NCBI GenBank assembly: GCA_947626095.1
Contig: CANQQV010000001.1
Location: forward strand, 1 to 64,000
Direction of reading: 5' to 3'
Source: an uncultured Bacilli bacterium
Lineage (GTDB): Bacteria > Bacillota_I > Bacilli_A > RF39 > UBA660
DNA length: 64,000 bases
Below are positions 32,300-42,248 of this stretch, one piece after another (position 1 is the stretch's first letter; each line of letters starts with the position of its first letter). The translations under genes and the position numbers were made by a program. The notes under the pieces were generated by a model. It did no database searches. It saw nothing but the letters and a program-made list of their open reading frames with translations, and was not told the DNA's origin.

Positions 32300-34395
32300 G
32301 AGCCTCCACCTCCACAAGATGAACAACCTCCACCACAGGAAGAACAACCTCCACCACAAGATGAAGACGATGAAGATGAGGTAGAATGAATTGAATTTGA
32401 TAAATTATTAAAAGAATAATAATTATAATAATCAAAATTACCTTTATCGAGTCTAGAAATTGAAATGTTTTTAAATTTACCTATCCAAATTTTAGAACAC
32501 CCTAAAACATAGGCATAAGGTAAAATATCATAGAAATATTTAGGATTATCTTTAACTAATTTTTTAACTTGTTCTTCGCTTACTGTTTCTAGATAATTTG
32601 CAAATCCATCTATTTCAGCAATTATTTGTTCACCATATTTATTTTTTCTTTTCATTAAAATAATAAAAATAAATATAACAATTAAAGAAATAAATGCTAA
32701 TAAGTAAATAAAATTAAACTTAGGATCTAAATCTTCAAAAACACAAAACGCATAACTAAAATAACATACCCCAATAAAGAACATTACACTTACTATAGCC
32801 ATATTTATATAAGAAGCAGTATCATTTATTTTATCATCTAATTCTTTTTGCAGATTTTCTATTAATTTGTTAAAGTCCATATGAAGAGTTCTACCTTCTG
32901 ATAAGGTAATAACATCACTATTAGCAAATAACTGATTATATATTATTTCTTCATTTGAAGTCATTTCTGGTTTACCGCGAAATGCTTTTTCTTTTATTTG
33001 ATTTGCTTTTTCATCAAGTTCCTCTTGCGTATAATTATTAATAGTATCTGAATTAATTCGAATATATCCTTTTTCAACTAATTGTTTAGTATTAGCATAA
33101 AAATCATCAAAATCTTCATTAATTACACACGAAGTAGAATTACCTTCAAATAAACTATTCATCAATTTTTCATCAGCACTATTATCTGCTTCTTTTAATT
33201 TCGTAATTTTTATTTTTCTATTAATAGCTTTATTAATATCAGTTGAACATAAATTAGTTATTTTTATTTCTTTTTTATCTTCTAACTCATCTATTTCTAT
33301 AAATCCTTTACTTGCTAACTCTATTATAATAGAAATAACTAATCTAATTCCACTATCACTTTTATAAATATAACCAATATCTGCTGAATCATATCCTTCT
33401 GGTGGATAAAACTTAATAGCTTTTTTATCATAACGTTTATTATAATCCTTACCATATATTAACCATTTAATAAAAGCAATTATCGCAAAAATTATTACCA
33501 ACAAACATAACGTTAAAGATAAATAACCATAATTACTCTTAGCCCCTACAAAATATCCTTCAGGTAACTCAATATCAACCGTAAGTGAGTTTTCCAAATC
33601 ATAATCAGATGATAAATTGGCATACAAAGTATTTCCTGAAACATAGTAATCAACATAAGGTGTTATATCCTCACTTCTATATTTATCTGCAAAGAAAGTT
33701 ATTGAATTTTCATCAATAGTTTTTGGCATTGTTATTTCCAAAGAAGCATCATTAATTCTTGTTCCCCAATAATCGCCATATGCATGAAAAATAAATTCAT
33801 CAAATCCTTCAAATGGATCTTCACCCATATCATATTGATAAGTAATAGTATAAGTTTTTAACCCCGTATCTAAAGTTTCATCAGGTGATCCTATTTTAAT
33901 TCTATCTTTGCCATTTACTGTATCAATACTATATTTTTCATCTTCTGCTTTTAAATTTTGAACCTCAGAGATACGTGAAGTAGTATTCCCATCTTTTCCC
34001 GTATATTCCAACAAACCAGGTACAAATTTATATATACCATGATGTCCTGTTTCATAAAAATCAACAGTTATCATTTCTGTAACATCAACTACATTATTTT
34101 CATTTACATTTAATTTAACTTTATATGTTTCTATTGTAAAACCATCAGCAACACTAGAAGAATCTGAAGAATATCTAGAGCTAAGATTTTTTAAATAAGA
34201 TATTCCAGCTATAAATAGAATAATCCAGCCAAATATCATTAAAACTAAACTAAAATTTTTATGCTTTATAATTTTAGACTTTTGTTTTGCTAATAAATGA
34301 GTAAATAACCAAATAATAAATATTGGAACCATTATAAAAAGAGTTAAATATAATACCGCTCTCAAACAACCAGTAATACCATTTAAAATATCCAT
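32293..34395 (-). CDS. DUF2207-family membrane protein with Cys/Gly/Ser repeat tail
   Basis: VTEMITVDF..HHGIY, IGSPD, FYPPEG, ILPYAYVLG; ends SSSCGGGCSSCGGGCSSCGGGGSW. Confidence 0.85.
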   Translation of the reverse strand: MDILNGITGCLRAVLYLTLFIMVPIFIIWLFTHLLAKQKSKIIKHKNFSLVLMIFGWIILFIAGISYLKNLSSRYSSDSSSVADGFTIETYKVKLNVNENNVVDVTEMITVDFYETGHHGIYKFVPGLLEYTGKDGNTTSRISEVQNLKAEDEKYSIDTVNGKDRIKIGSPDETLDTGLKTYTITYQYDMGEDPFEGFDEFIFHAYGDYWGTRINDASLEITMPKTIDENSITFFADKYRSEDITPYVDYYVSGNTLYANLSSDYDLENSLTVDIELPEGYFVGAKSNYGYLSLTLCLLVIIFAIIAFIKWLIYGKDYNKRYDKKAIKFYPPEGYDSADIGYIYKSDSGIRLVISIIIELASKGFIEIDELEDKKEIKITNLCSTDINKAINRKIKITKLKEADNSADEKLMNSLFEGNSTSCVINEDFDDFYANTKQLVEKGYIRINSDTINNYTQEELDEKANQIKEKAFRGKPEMTSNEEIIYNQLFANSDVITLSEGRTLHMDFNKLIENLQKELDDKINDTASYINMAIVSVMFFIGVCYFSYAFCVFEDLDPKFNFIYLLAFISLIVIFIFIILMKRKNKYGEQIIAEIDGFANYLETVSEEQVKKLVKDNPKYFYDILPYAYVLGCSKIWIGKFKNISISRLDKGNFDYYNYYSFNNLSNSIHSTSSSSSSSCGGGCSSCGGGCSSCGGGGSW

Positions 34396-34579
34396 ATTCC
34401 ACCTACAATTAAATTTTAATATCAGTCTTATAACTTTCTCAAACCTTTAATTTACTTTCTAATCTATAATAGGATTATACCACATCCTTCTTTTTCTATC
34501 ATTAAATTAATCCTATTTTTTATTACAACTATCTTTTAACCTTTAAAAAAAAGAACTTTATAAGTTCTTCTAACCTAGT

Positions 34580-35587
34580 TTACTCTAAAATAATTCCATC
34601 AATATAAGAAGATAAATAATTTTCCTCTAATATTAACTTTTTATTATCAATAATAAAATTAGAAACAACTGGAATATTAATATTATCGCCTTTTACTTCA
34701 ATATTTTTTCTATAATAAGTTAATACATTATCATTTATTTCATACGTACCAGTTGAACGTTCAATAGCATAGTAATCACCTTCATCTCTAACGTATACCT
34801 GCATTCTTCCCTCAAATACATTACTATCAACACTTATACCAGGTAAAAATGCAACATGTATTTTTTCATCTTCATTTTCATAGTGAAAAAAAGCTAATAA
34901 TTTGCCTAATTTTTTACCATATTCATTAATCTTTAACATATTACAATAATTCCCATATCTAACATCATAAGTTATTGTATTATATAAGAAATGGTTTTCT
35001 ACTTGATAATCAACTATTGTAATATTAGATTCTTTATCATAGTAATAAGCTGTATTCTTACAAGTGATATGTTCTAATTTATTAACATAATTTTTCATTT
35101 CACTCTTTAAAACGTTACTACCTCTTAAACTCTTAAAAGAATAACTATTCTCATTATATTTCATTAAAAATGAGAACTTAGGTACTCCCAAACTAATCTC
35201 TTCATCACCTTTGTTGTACTCTACTGGTATAACATTATAACCAAAAGGTAAAAGCTTAAATAAAGTAATTAAAACTATCAAAGTAATTGGTATCGCAATA
35301 ATTATATTTCTTCTATTTAACTGCTTCTTTATCTTTACTCTTTCTTCTTCTAATATCTTTTCAATTTTAACATTCCTTTTATTTTCAATTTGCAACAACT
35401 CATAAATATCCGTATCTAATATCTCAGCTAGTTTTTCTAAAATAGCAATATCTGGTAAACAGATTCCTCGTTCCCATTTACTTACTGCTTTATCCGTCAC
35501 AAATAATTTATCTCCTAACTCTTGTTGAGTTAACTTTTTCTTTTTTCTTAGTGTTGCAATATTTAAACCAATCTTTTTTAAATCCAT
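34580..35587 (-). CDS. XRE-family HTH regulator with TM segment and extracellular domain
   Basis: LTQQELGDKLFVTDKAVSKWERG, then a TM segment. Confidence 0.88.
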   Translation of the reverse strand: MDLKKIGLNIATLRKKKKLTQQELGDKLFVTDKAVSKWERGICLPDIAILEKLAEILDTDIYELLQIENKRNVKIEKILEEERVKIKKQLNRRNIIIAIPITLIVLITLFKLLPFGYNVIPVEYNKGDEEISLGVPKFSFLMKYNENSYSFKSLRGSNVLKSEMKNYVNKLEHITCKNTAYYYDKESNITIVDYQVENHFLYNTITYDVRYGNYCNMLKINEYGKKLGKLLAFFHYENEDEKIHVAFLPGISVDSNVFEGRMQVYVRDEGDYYAIERSTGTYEINDNVLTYYRKNIEVKGDNINIPVVSNFIIDNKKLILEENYLSSYIDGIILE

Positions 35588-35689
35588 CGCCCTTCACCAC
35601 TTCTAATTATATACCAATTAATCTCTATTTTATCTCGACTTATGGTTTAGTAAATATTTTTCTAACAAAAAAGTACTCACTTGAGTACT

Positions 35690-38197
35690 TTAATATTCTT
35701 TTACTTCATTCTTAGCTATATCATATACATACGTTTTAATATCATCTTCAAAACCATTAGATCCTACTATAAAAGAATAAAATGAATAATATATTTTACC
35801 TTTATAATATAATCTATTATATATATAAGAATAATCTTTAAAACTTATTTTATCTAATACTTTATTATCAAACGAATTATTAATTACTTTAGCATATTCA
35901 TCATATCTAGTAGTTGAATTTTTATTTAAATTACTAGGTAACAATGAACTAATAAAATAAGCAAATACTTCATCATCATACCATTTAGTATCTTTTTCTT
36001 GTTCATATAATTTAATAAGCATATCTATATAATACATTGTTTCTTTATCCGAATTATCATCAATATGAAAACGATCAGTTAATTCATTAAATTTAATAAT
36101 ATCATCATATGTATAACCAGCCTGAGTAAATTTCTTAAATAATGGATATTTACCTTCTCTACCAAAGAATAAGTTTCTAACAAAATCATCTCCATATAAA
36201 TAACTTAACATATTATACATCATAACTTGTTTAGGATATGTTCCACTAACCATATCATTAAGATAAATAGACGAATTATATTCTGCTCCTCCTTCTACTA
36301 AGAAATTAAAATCAAATCCTAATAAAGCTTCTACCTTTTTCTTCTCTGTGCTTGATAATTTTTCATACTCACTTTCTGAAATATAATCACCTAAATACTT
36401 ATAAACCCCAATCGATGTTAAACTACCTTCTCTATTAATACAATCATCAACAAAATGCGTAAATTCATGATTTATAGTCGAATCATTAACTGGTATTAAT
36501 AATTCAATATTTATCTTATCATTATAATATACTCCCGCTGTATTTTCTTCTTTCATTTCATAAACATCTTTAATAATTAATTGTTTTAAACGATATAAGA
36601 AATAATCTTTATCTAAATGTTCTTTATTAGCAATCACTTCTTGATAACCTAACAAAATATTTCTTTTATAATTCCCTATCCCATTACTATTTTCTACTAC
36701 ATACGCATATTGCTTAAAAAATTCTTGATCTATCTTAATTTCTTCTTTAATACTATCTAACTCATATTTGGTAATTATTTTATCAATATCTATCTTATTA
36801 TAATCATCTACTTTTGAATGTAATTTTTCTTGATTTAAATAATTACCATCCCCTAATAAAAAGTAATCTATTTTATATGAATCTTCAGCTACAATAGCTT
36901 TATCAAATAACTGAATATTATTATATACCGGTTCTATTAATACATTATTCCCATATAATAAACCATATAATCTATCTTTTTCTACATAGCAATAAGATCC
37001 ATTACATTCTATATCATCATATTTATCTGTTACTAGTTTAAAAGATTCATCTACTAAATACCCAGTATCATCATCATGACATACATACAAGTTATCTTTA
37101 TAATAAGAAAACCCATTCTGACAAGTATGATCTACTTTTTCATTCTTTTCATTATAAATAGTTAACTCATCAGTATTAGAATCAACATAATATTTACCAA
37201 CCTTTACTCTTTCTTCTATTTCACCATCAACTAAATAATGCATATCATTATTATCATCTATTATATATAAGTTATCATACGCATCATAATAAACAGATAT
37301 AAAACACTTATCACTAAGTAACTTATTATCTTTAGCTAATTTAAAACCTTTATTACAAGCTGTAAAATCAAATTGATACCCTTGATAATTAATTTTATCT
37401 TCATACTTTATTATATCGGAATTTAAATAAAGATATTTATCACTACCTTGATATAATATTCTTCCTAAGTCACTATCTTCATATTTCGTATATTTATTTA
37501 ATTCATCTTTTTCTGTATCAAGATAATAATAATTATTTTTAATTTCTATTTCTACATATTTATTCATTTTATAATAGCTTATTATATCTATAACTTCATT
37601 AGTCTTTAAATTTATTAGCTTTCCCTTAGTATCATCAGTATATATTACATAAGAGCCATATACATTAAATCTAAAAGAAAATACACTAGTATCTACTCCT
37701 TTAAATAAATCTTTATATATTAATTTATTATCTTCATCATATAAACTATTTTCATATACATAATAACTTTTATTATTATGCCAATCATTACTTATCATAA
37801 TAATATTATTAGATGTTCTAACCAGTTCTCCATTAATATTAAATAGTTTATATTCATCATCTATTTTATAACTATATAACTTAATAATATCCTCTGCTGT
37901 AAATTCTATATTTGCTAAATCTTCTTCTTTAATTTCTATTTCAAACTTTTTATTACCTGTTTCTTTATCAAAAGCAATATACTTATTACCATTATTAATA
38001 TAATAATTAATTTGTTTTACTGAATCATAAGTATAACCAACATATTCTTCTTTACTAACAATATTGTGTTTGAAAAATTGTTCACTATTTGTTTTTTCTA
38101 AATTTTGTTCAAAAATTAAAAAACCATCAATACATATTAAAACAACAAATAATAATCCACTGATAATAATAGCTATATCCTTCTTCTTCATTTTCAC
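35690..38197 (-). CDS. membrane-anchored protein with putative C-terminal zinc metallopeptidase motif
   Basis: N-terminal TM, beta-rich repeats, HEFTH followed by EGGAE. Confidence 0.6.
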   Translation of the reverse strand: MKMKKKDIAIIISGLLFVVLICIDGFLIFEQNLEKTNSEQFFKHNIVSKEEYVGYTYDSVKQINYYINNGNKYIAFDKETGNKKFEIEIKEEDLANIEFTAEDIIKLYSYKIDDEYKLFNINGELVRTSNNIIMISNDWHNNKSYYVYENSLYDEDNKLIYKDLFKGVDTSVFSFRFNVYGSYVIYTDDTKGKLINLKTNEVIDIISYYKMNKYVEIEIKNNYYYLDTEKDELNKYTKYEDSDLGRILYQGSDKYLYLNSDIIKYEDKINYQGYQFDFTACNKGFKLAKDNKLLSDKCFISVYYDAYDNLYIIDDNNDMHYLVDGEIEERVKVGKYYVDSNTDELTIYNEKNEKVDHTCQNGFSYYKDNLYVCHDDDTGYLVDESFKLVTDKYDDIECNGSYCYVEKDRLYGLLYGNNVLIEPVYNNIQLFDKAIVAEDSYKIDYFLLGDGNYLNQEKLHSKVDDYNKIDIDKIITKYELDSIKEEIKIDQEFFKQYAYVVENSNGIGNYKRNILLGYQEVIANKEHLDKDYFLYRLKQLIIKDVYEMKEENTAGVYYNDKINIELLIPVNDSTINHEFTHFVDDCINREGSLTSIGVYKYLGDYISESEYEKLSSTEKKKVEALLGFDFNFLVEGGAEYNSSIYLNDMVSGTYPKQVMMYNMLSYLYGDDFVRNLFFGREGKYPLFKKFTQAGYTYDDIIKFNELTDRFHIDDNSDKETMYYIDMLIKLYEQEKDTKWYDDEVFAYFISSLLPSNLNKNSTTRYDEYAKVINNSFDNKVLDKISFKDYSYIYNRLYYKGKIYYSFYSFIVGSNGFEDDIKTYVYDIAKNEVKEY

Positions 38198-38346
38198 ACC
38201 AACTCTTATATAATACGAATATTATAACAAATAAAATACTTCAATACTATTTCTAACTATATTAATTATTAGTTAAATTTTTTTACACCAAAAAACATCT
38301 AATACCATTATCTCTATTTTATATGATATAATGAAAAAGAATATAG

Positions 38347-41187
38347 GTGATGTTTATGAAAAAGAAAAAATATAAATTTTTAATCAACTTAAGTATAATT
38401 GTTACCTTTTTACTATTTATTTCTATTTATACATATAATAGTCTTAATTTAACAATTTCTAACTCTGCTACAACTTCTCCTACACCTATAGCAACTAATT
38501 CATATACAAGAAAAGAATTACAAAATATGGTAGTAGCTACTGCTAAAAGCTTTTATTATAATGGTAAATACTCTGACTATGAACAACATGGTATGGACAA
38601 TAAAGTAAAAGTCCCAAGTAGTGCTGATAGTGCTTTTTCTAGTTTCGCTTGGCGAAATTTAAATATAACACCTGAAGCAGTAAGTAGATCAAACCGATAT
38701 GCTACCGATTGCTCTGGTCTTATCTTTGCGATATATAATTCTACTTTAGGATATGACTTTTATAATTTAATTCAAAATTATATGGTTGAACAAAATAATT
38801 ATATAAAAACTGATGGTAGTCTATCACATGGTAAAACTAGTCATAACAACTATATAGAATCACTTAATTATGGAATTGGCCCATCAACCTTTAATTTTGT
38901 TAATGCTTCTCGTGTCAAAAATTCAGGTGTTAAAACAGATAGCTCAGTAGTTTACTATTATAACTTCTCTTCAACATATTATTATACAGATACTACTAAA
39001 ACTTATACTAAAGAAAAGAAAACGATAGAAACAGTAGAAAATAATATTCACAACACTCTCCAACCAGGAGACATATATGTTTATCGTCGTAAAAATAACA
39101 GTACTGGCGTATATAGTGGTCATGTCGTCATCTATATAGGCAATAATGAATTTGTTCAATCTATCGGCGATGACTATCCAATTAGTACTAGTGGCGTCGT
39201 TTCAGACTACAAAAAAATGGTTGAATCTGGTCCTAACCACGATACTTCAGTTGTTTTAAGTACTTGGGATGCTGATAGTAGCAAAAATTCAAGAGGAATT
39301 AAAAATTTAAGCCTTCATGATAGTACAACAACTCCTACTGAAGTCGTTATTTTAAGACCGATAAATAACTACTGTAATGGTAATAATTGTACTATTAATA
39401 CTTTAAATGAAAATGCTAAAGCTAGAGCTCAACTAAGTGATGTTGCCATTGAACAATGGATGAGTGAACTAACACCAATCTCTAAAATTATAACTCAATA
39501 TAATTCAGTTAATGTTGGTGACAAAGTTGTCTTCTATTTAGAATTTAATAATAAATCTTCTAGTTCTAAAACAATCAGTGAAATAAGTGTTGAAAGACCA
39601 AATAATACAGAATTTTCATCTGCAGCAAGTGGTTATTCAGGCAAAGATAAAATAGTATGGAAAAATATAACTATTCCTGCTAATTCTAAAAAACAAATAT
39701 TCTACGCTGTCAAAATTTCAAAGAATAGTAACATAACTCATCCTGGCTATAAAATAACAGTTAATGGTACTACTTTAAAAATGGCCAGTCTAACAGTCAC
39801 TGTAAATAATACTATTAATAGCACAAGCGATATTAAACAACTTCAAAATATTGAACCATCAATCACCGCCGATGATGAACTAGAGGCAATTAAAAAAATA
39901 TATAAAAACGGCTTAAAAATGGATATAGATGAAATTGGCACTTACAGTGATATCCAAAAAGATGTTTTCACTAAATATCAGAATAATTACTTTACAAAAA
40001 GTACATCAAACGCAAAAACAAATAAAATGGTTGTTCCAGGTTTATATGGTGGTCGTTTATTAAAAGGTGATACAACCAAAGATCGTGTTAAACTATTTAC
40101 TTTATCTTCTTTAGAAGCTGGAGATATCATCATAACATGGAAAGGTGACACAACTGCCGCTTTCATGTATAATGGTCAAAATAGTGAACAAAGATTCCAA
40201 ATAGCTAGATATCTAGCTGATGAAAAAACTGGTCAAGAGAGAATAATGTATTATAACGATAAACAAGATGAAAAAGATAAAAGTAAAATCATTGAAAACG
40301 CTAACCAAATATTTAGAGAAATCTTTTCTAAAGACTTATTTGTTGTTTTAAGACCAAGTCGTGTTGTTAGTCTTCCATCTAAAACAACAACGACAAAACC
40401 TAGTACAGGTAATAACACTACACCTTCAACTGGTAACAATACAAAACCTTCTACTAACAACAATAACAGCAACAATAACAGCAATAATAATAATAATAGT
40501 AGTAACAACAATACTACAAATAATAACAATAATTCTAGTAATCAAGAAAACAATAATTCAGAAAATGAAACTCCAGAAATTGTTAGTGAAAAAATTGAAG
40601 TTCAAGCTAAAAAAGGTTCTAAATTACCAAACTTAGAGACTCCAAAAAGAACAGGTTATTCCTTTGAAGGTTATTATTCAGAAACAAATGGTAATGGCAC
40701 TAAATATTATAATTCTACTGGAACTAGCGATATTATATGGAATCAAAATTCCACAACTGTCTCAATGTATTCCAACTGGACCCCAAACAAATACACCATA
40801 ACTTATGATTCCAATGGCGGTAAAGGTAATACTACAAATTCTAATCACGTCTACGATTCAAAACAAAAATTAAGTAAAAACACCTATAGCAAAGAAGGCT
40901 ATACATTCCTTGGTTGGAGTACAGATAAAAATGCTACAACAGCTGAATTTTTAGATGAAGAAGTAATAGTTAATTTAACAAGTAATCCAAATGACAATGT
41001 TACATTATATGCTGTTTGGATAGACGATAATGACTTACTACCAAATAAAAATTATATTAATGCTGAAGAGAAAAAAGAAACAGTTAAAGATGCTGGTAGA
41101 ACAAGTAAAATAATTATAATTTCTATTTTAATCATTATTACTTTAAGCATTTTAGGTTACTCGCTTACCAAACTTCTTAAAAGATAA
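38347..41187 (+). CDS. surface protein with NlpC/P60-like domain and InlB-B (Listeria-Bacteroides) repeats
   Basis: DCSGL, LQPGD, GHVVIYIG; Asn-rich linker; RTGYSFEGY and KEGYTFLGW..LYAVW repeats; C-terminal TM. Confidence 0.75.
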   Translation: MMFMKKKKYKFLINLSIIVTFLLFISIYTYNSLNLTISNSATTSPTPIATNSYTRKELQNMVVATAKSFYYNGKYSDYEQHGMDNKVKVPSSADSAFSSFAWRNLNITPEAVSRSNRYATDCSGLIFAIYNSTLGYDFYNLIQNYMVEQNNYIKTDGSLSHGKTSHNNYIESLNYGIGPSTFNFVNASRVKNSGVKTDSSVVYYYNFSSTYYYTDTTKTYTKEKKTIETVENNIHNTLQPGDIYVYRRKNNSTGVYSGHVVIYIGNNEFVQSIGDDYPISTSGVVSDYKKMVESGPNHDTSVVLSTWDADSSKNSRGIKNLSLHDSTTTPTEVVILRPINNYCNGNNCTINTLNENAKARAQLSDVAIEQWMSELTPISKIITQYNSVNVGDKVVFYLEFNNKSSSSKTISEISVERPNNTEFSSAASGYSGKDKIVWKNITIPANSKKQIFYAVKISKNSNITHPGYKITVNGTTLKMASLTVTVNNTINSTSDIKQLQNIEPSITADDELEAIKKIYKNGLKMDIDEIGTYSDIQKDVFTKYQNNYFTKSTSNAKTNKMVVPGLYGGRLLKGDTTKDRVKLFTLSSLEAGDIIITWKGDTTAAFMYNGQNSEQRFQIARYLADEKTGQERIMYYNDKQDEKDKSKIIENANQIFREIFSKDLFVVLRPSRVVSLPSKTTTTKPSTGNNTTPSTGNNTKPSTNNNNSNNNSNNNNNSSNNNTTNNNNNSSNQENNNSENETPEIVSEKIEVQAKKGSKLPNLETPKRTGYSFEGYYSETNGNGTKYYNSTGTSDIIWNQNSTTVSMYSNWTPNKYTITYDSNGGKGNTTNSNHVYDSKQKLSKNTYSKEGYTFLGWSTDKNATTAEFLDEEVIVNLTSNPNDNVTLYAVWIDDNDLLPNKNYINAEEKKETVKDAGRTSKIIIISILIIITLSILGYSLTKLLKR
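40380..40560 (+). repeat. AAT/AAC-rich low-complexity linker (Thr/Asn/Ser)
   Basis: Encodes PSTGNNT repeats and poly-Asn. Confidence 0.8.
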
Positions 41188-41264
41188 GAAATCATTCTTA
41201 TCTTTTTTTAATCAAAATTTGGCAAATTTAAAAATCTTTGTTATATTTTTTATAGGGTGATTAG

Positions 41265-42248
41265 ATGGGTGTTATAACAAAAAGACAATTAACAGCTTTA
41301 CTAACTGGCACTTTAATAGCTGCTAATACTTTTTCTATGTCTACTCACTACTCTAATCTACATCTTAAAAACGCTTACCAATTAACTTCAACAACTGTAT
41401 ATGCTTCATCATATGATTATGCAAACTATCAAGATTTAATGACTGAAACTAACATTCAAGTTCCAATCTATAATGCCATGGTTCCTCAAGGTTTAACCAA
41501 AGTAAACGACAACTTTCTAATGAGTTCATATGATTATAGCAAAACAAGTCCATCAACTATCTATATATATGATAATAATGGCAATCTAGTAAATGAATGT
41601 CCTTTAGATAATAAATCTCATGTTGGTGGTATTTCATACGATCAAAAAAATGATTTAATATGGGTTGCAAGTAGTAGCGGCTATATTAATTCCTATCCAT
41701 GTTCTTCTATCTTCAATTCTTCACAAGAGACTAAATACCAAAATACTTTTAATGTTGGTGAAGGATGTAAAAATTATATTTATCCATGGAAAAATGCCAT
41801 ATCATATTTATCTGTTGATAACAATTATCTATACGTAGGTAGTTTCTCTTTATATAAAAATGGCTTAGTAAAAAAATATTTGATCGAAAACAAAGATGGT
41901 GATATTAATTTATCTTTAGTTAATACTTTTAAAGTTCCAACTAAAGTTCAAGGTTTAACTATCTATCATAAAAATGACCAAGACTACTTAATCCTTAGTC
42001 GATCTTTTGGTGAAAATAATCCATCTATTCTACAAATATATAAATATCAGGAAGACATAGATGATTATACTAATCCTCAAATAAAGAGCGTATGCTATAA
42101 AACAGATGCAATGATGGAACAAATAATTATCGATAACGACTATCTATATGCTGTATTTGAATCATCAGCTTATCCATATCGTTATAGTCCATCAAGCGCT
42201 GATCATCTTCAAAAAACCGATATGTCTTTAGTCTTACTACCTAAATAA
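41265..42248 (+). CDS. secreted beta-propeller-like protein
   Basis: Signal peptide, VPQGL, SHVGGI, KVQGL blade-like motifs. Confidence 0.65.
   Translation: MGVITKRQLTALLTGTLIAANTFSMSTHYSNLHLKNAYQLTSTTVYASSYDYANYQDLMTETNIQVPIYNAMVPQGLTKVNDNFLMSSYDYSKTSPSTIYIYDNNGNLVNECPLDNKSHVGGISYDQKNDLIWVASSSGYINSYPCSSIFNSSQETKYQNTFNVGEGCKNYIYPWKNAISYLSVDNNYLYVGSFSLYKNGLVKKYLIENKDGDINLSLVNTFKVPTKVQGLTIYHKNDQDYLILSRSFGENNPSILQIYKYQEDIDDYTNPQIKSVCYKTDAMMEQIIIDNDYLYAVFESSAYPYRYSPSSADHLQKTDMSLVLLPK

Noticed and set aside
32300-32359. N-terminal MWWRLFFLWWRLFILWRWRL extension of the radical SAM ORF
   Set aside because: It is an alternative-frame reading of the CGGGCSS repeats; a TTG with a well-spaced GGAGGT at 32299 is the better start
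40251-40636. Poly-Leu and Ile/Thr-rich ORFs
   Set aside because: Alternative-frame readings of the AAT/AAC linker in the 946-aa gene
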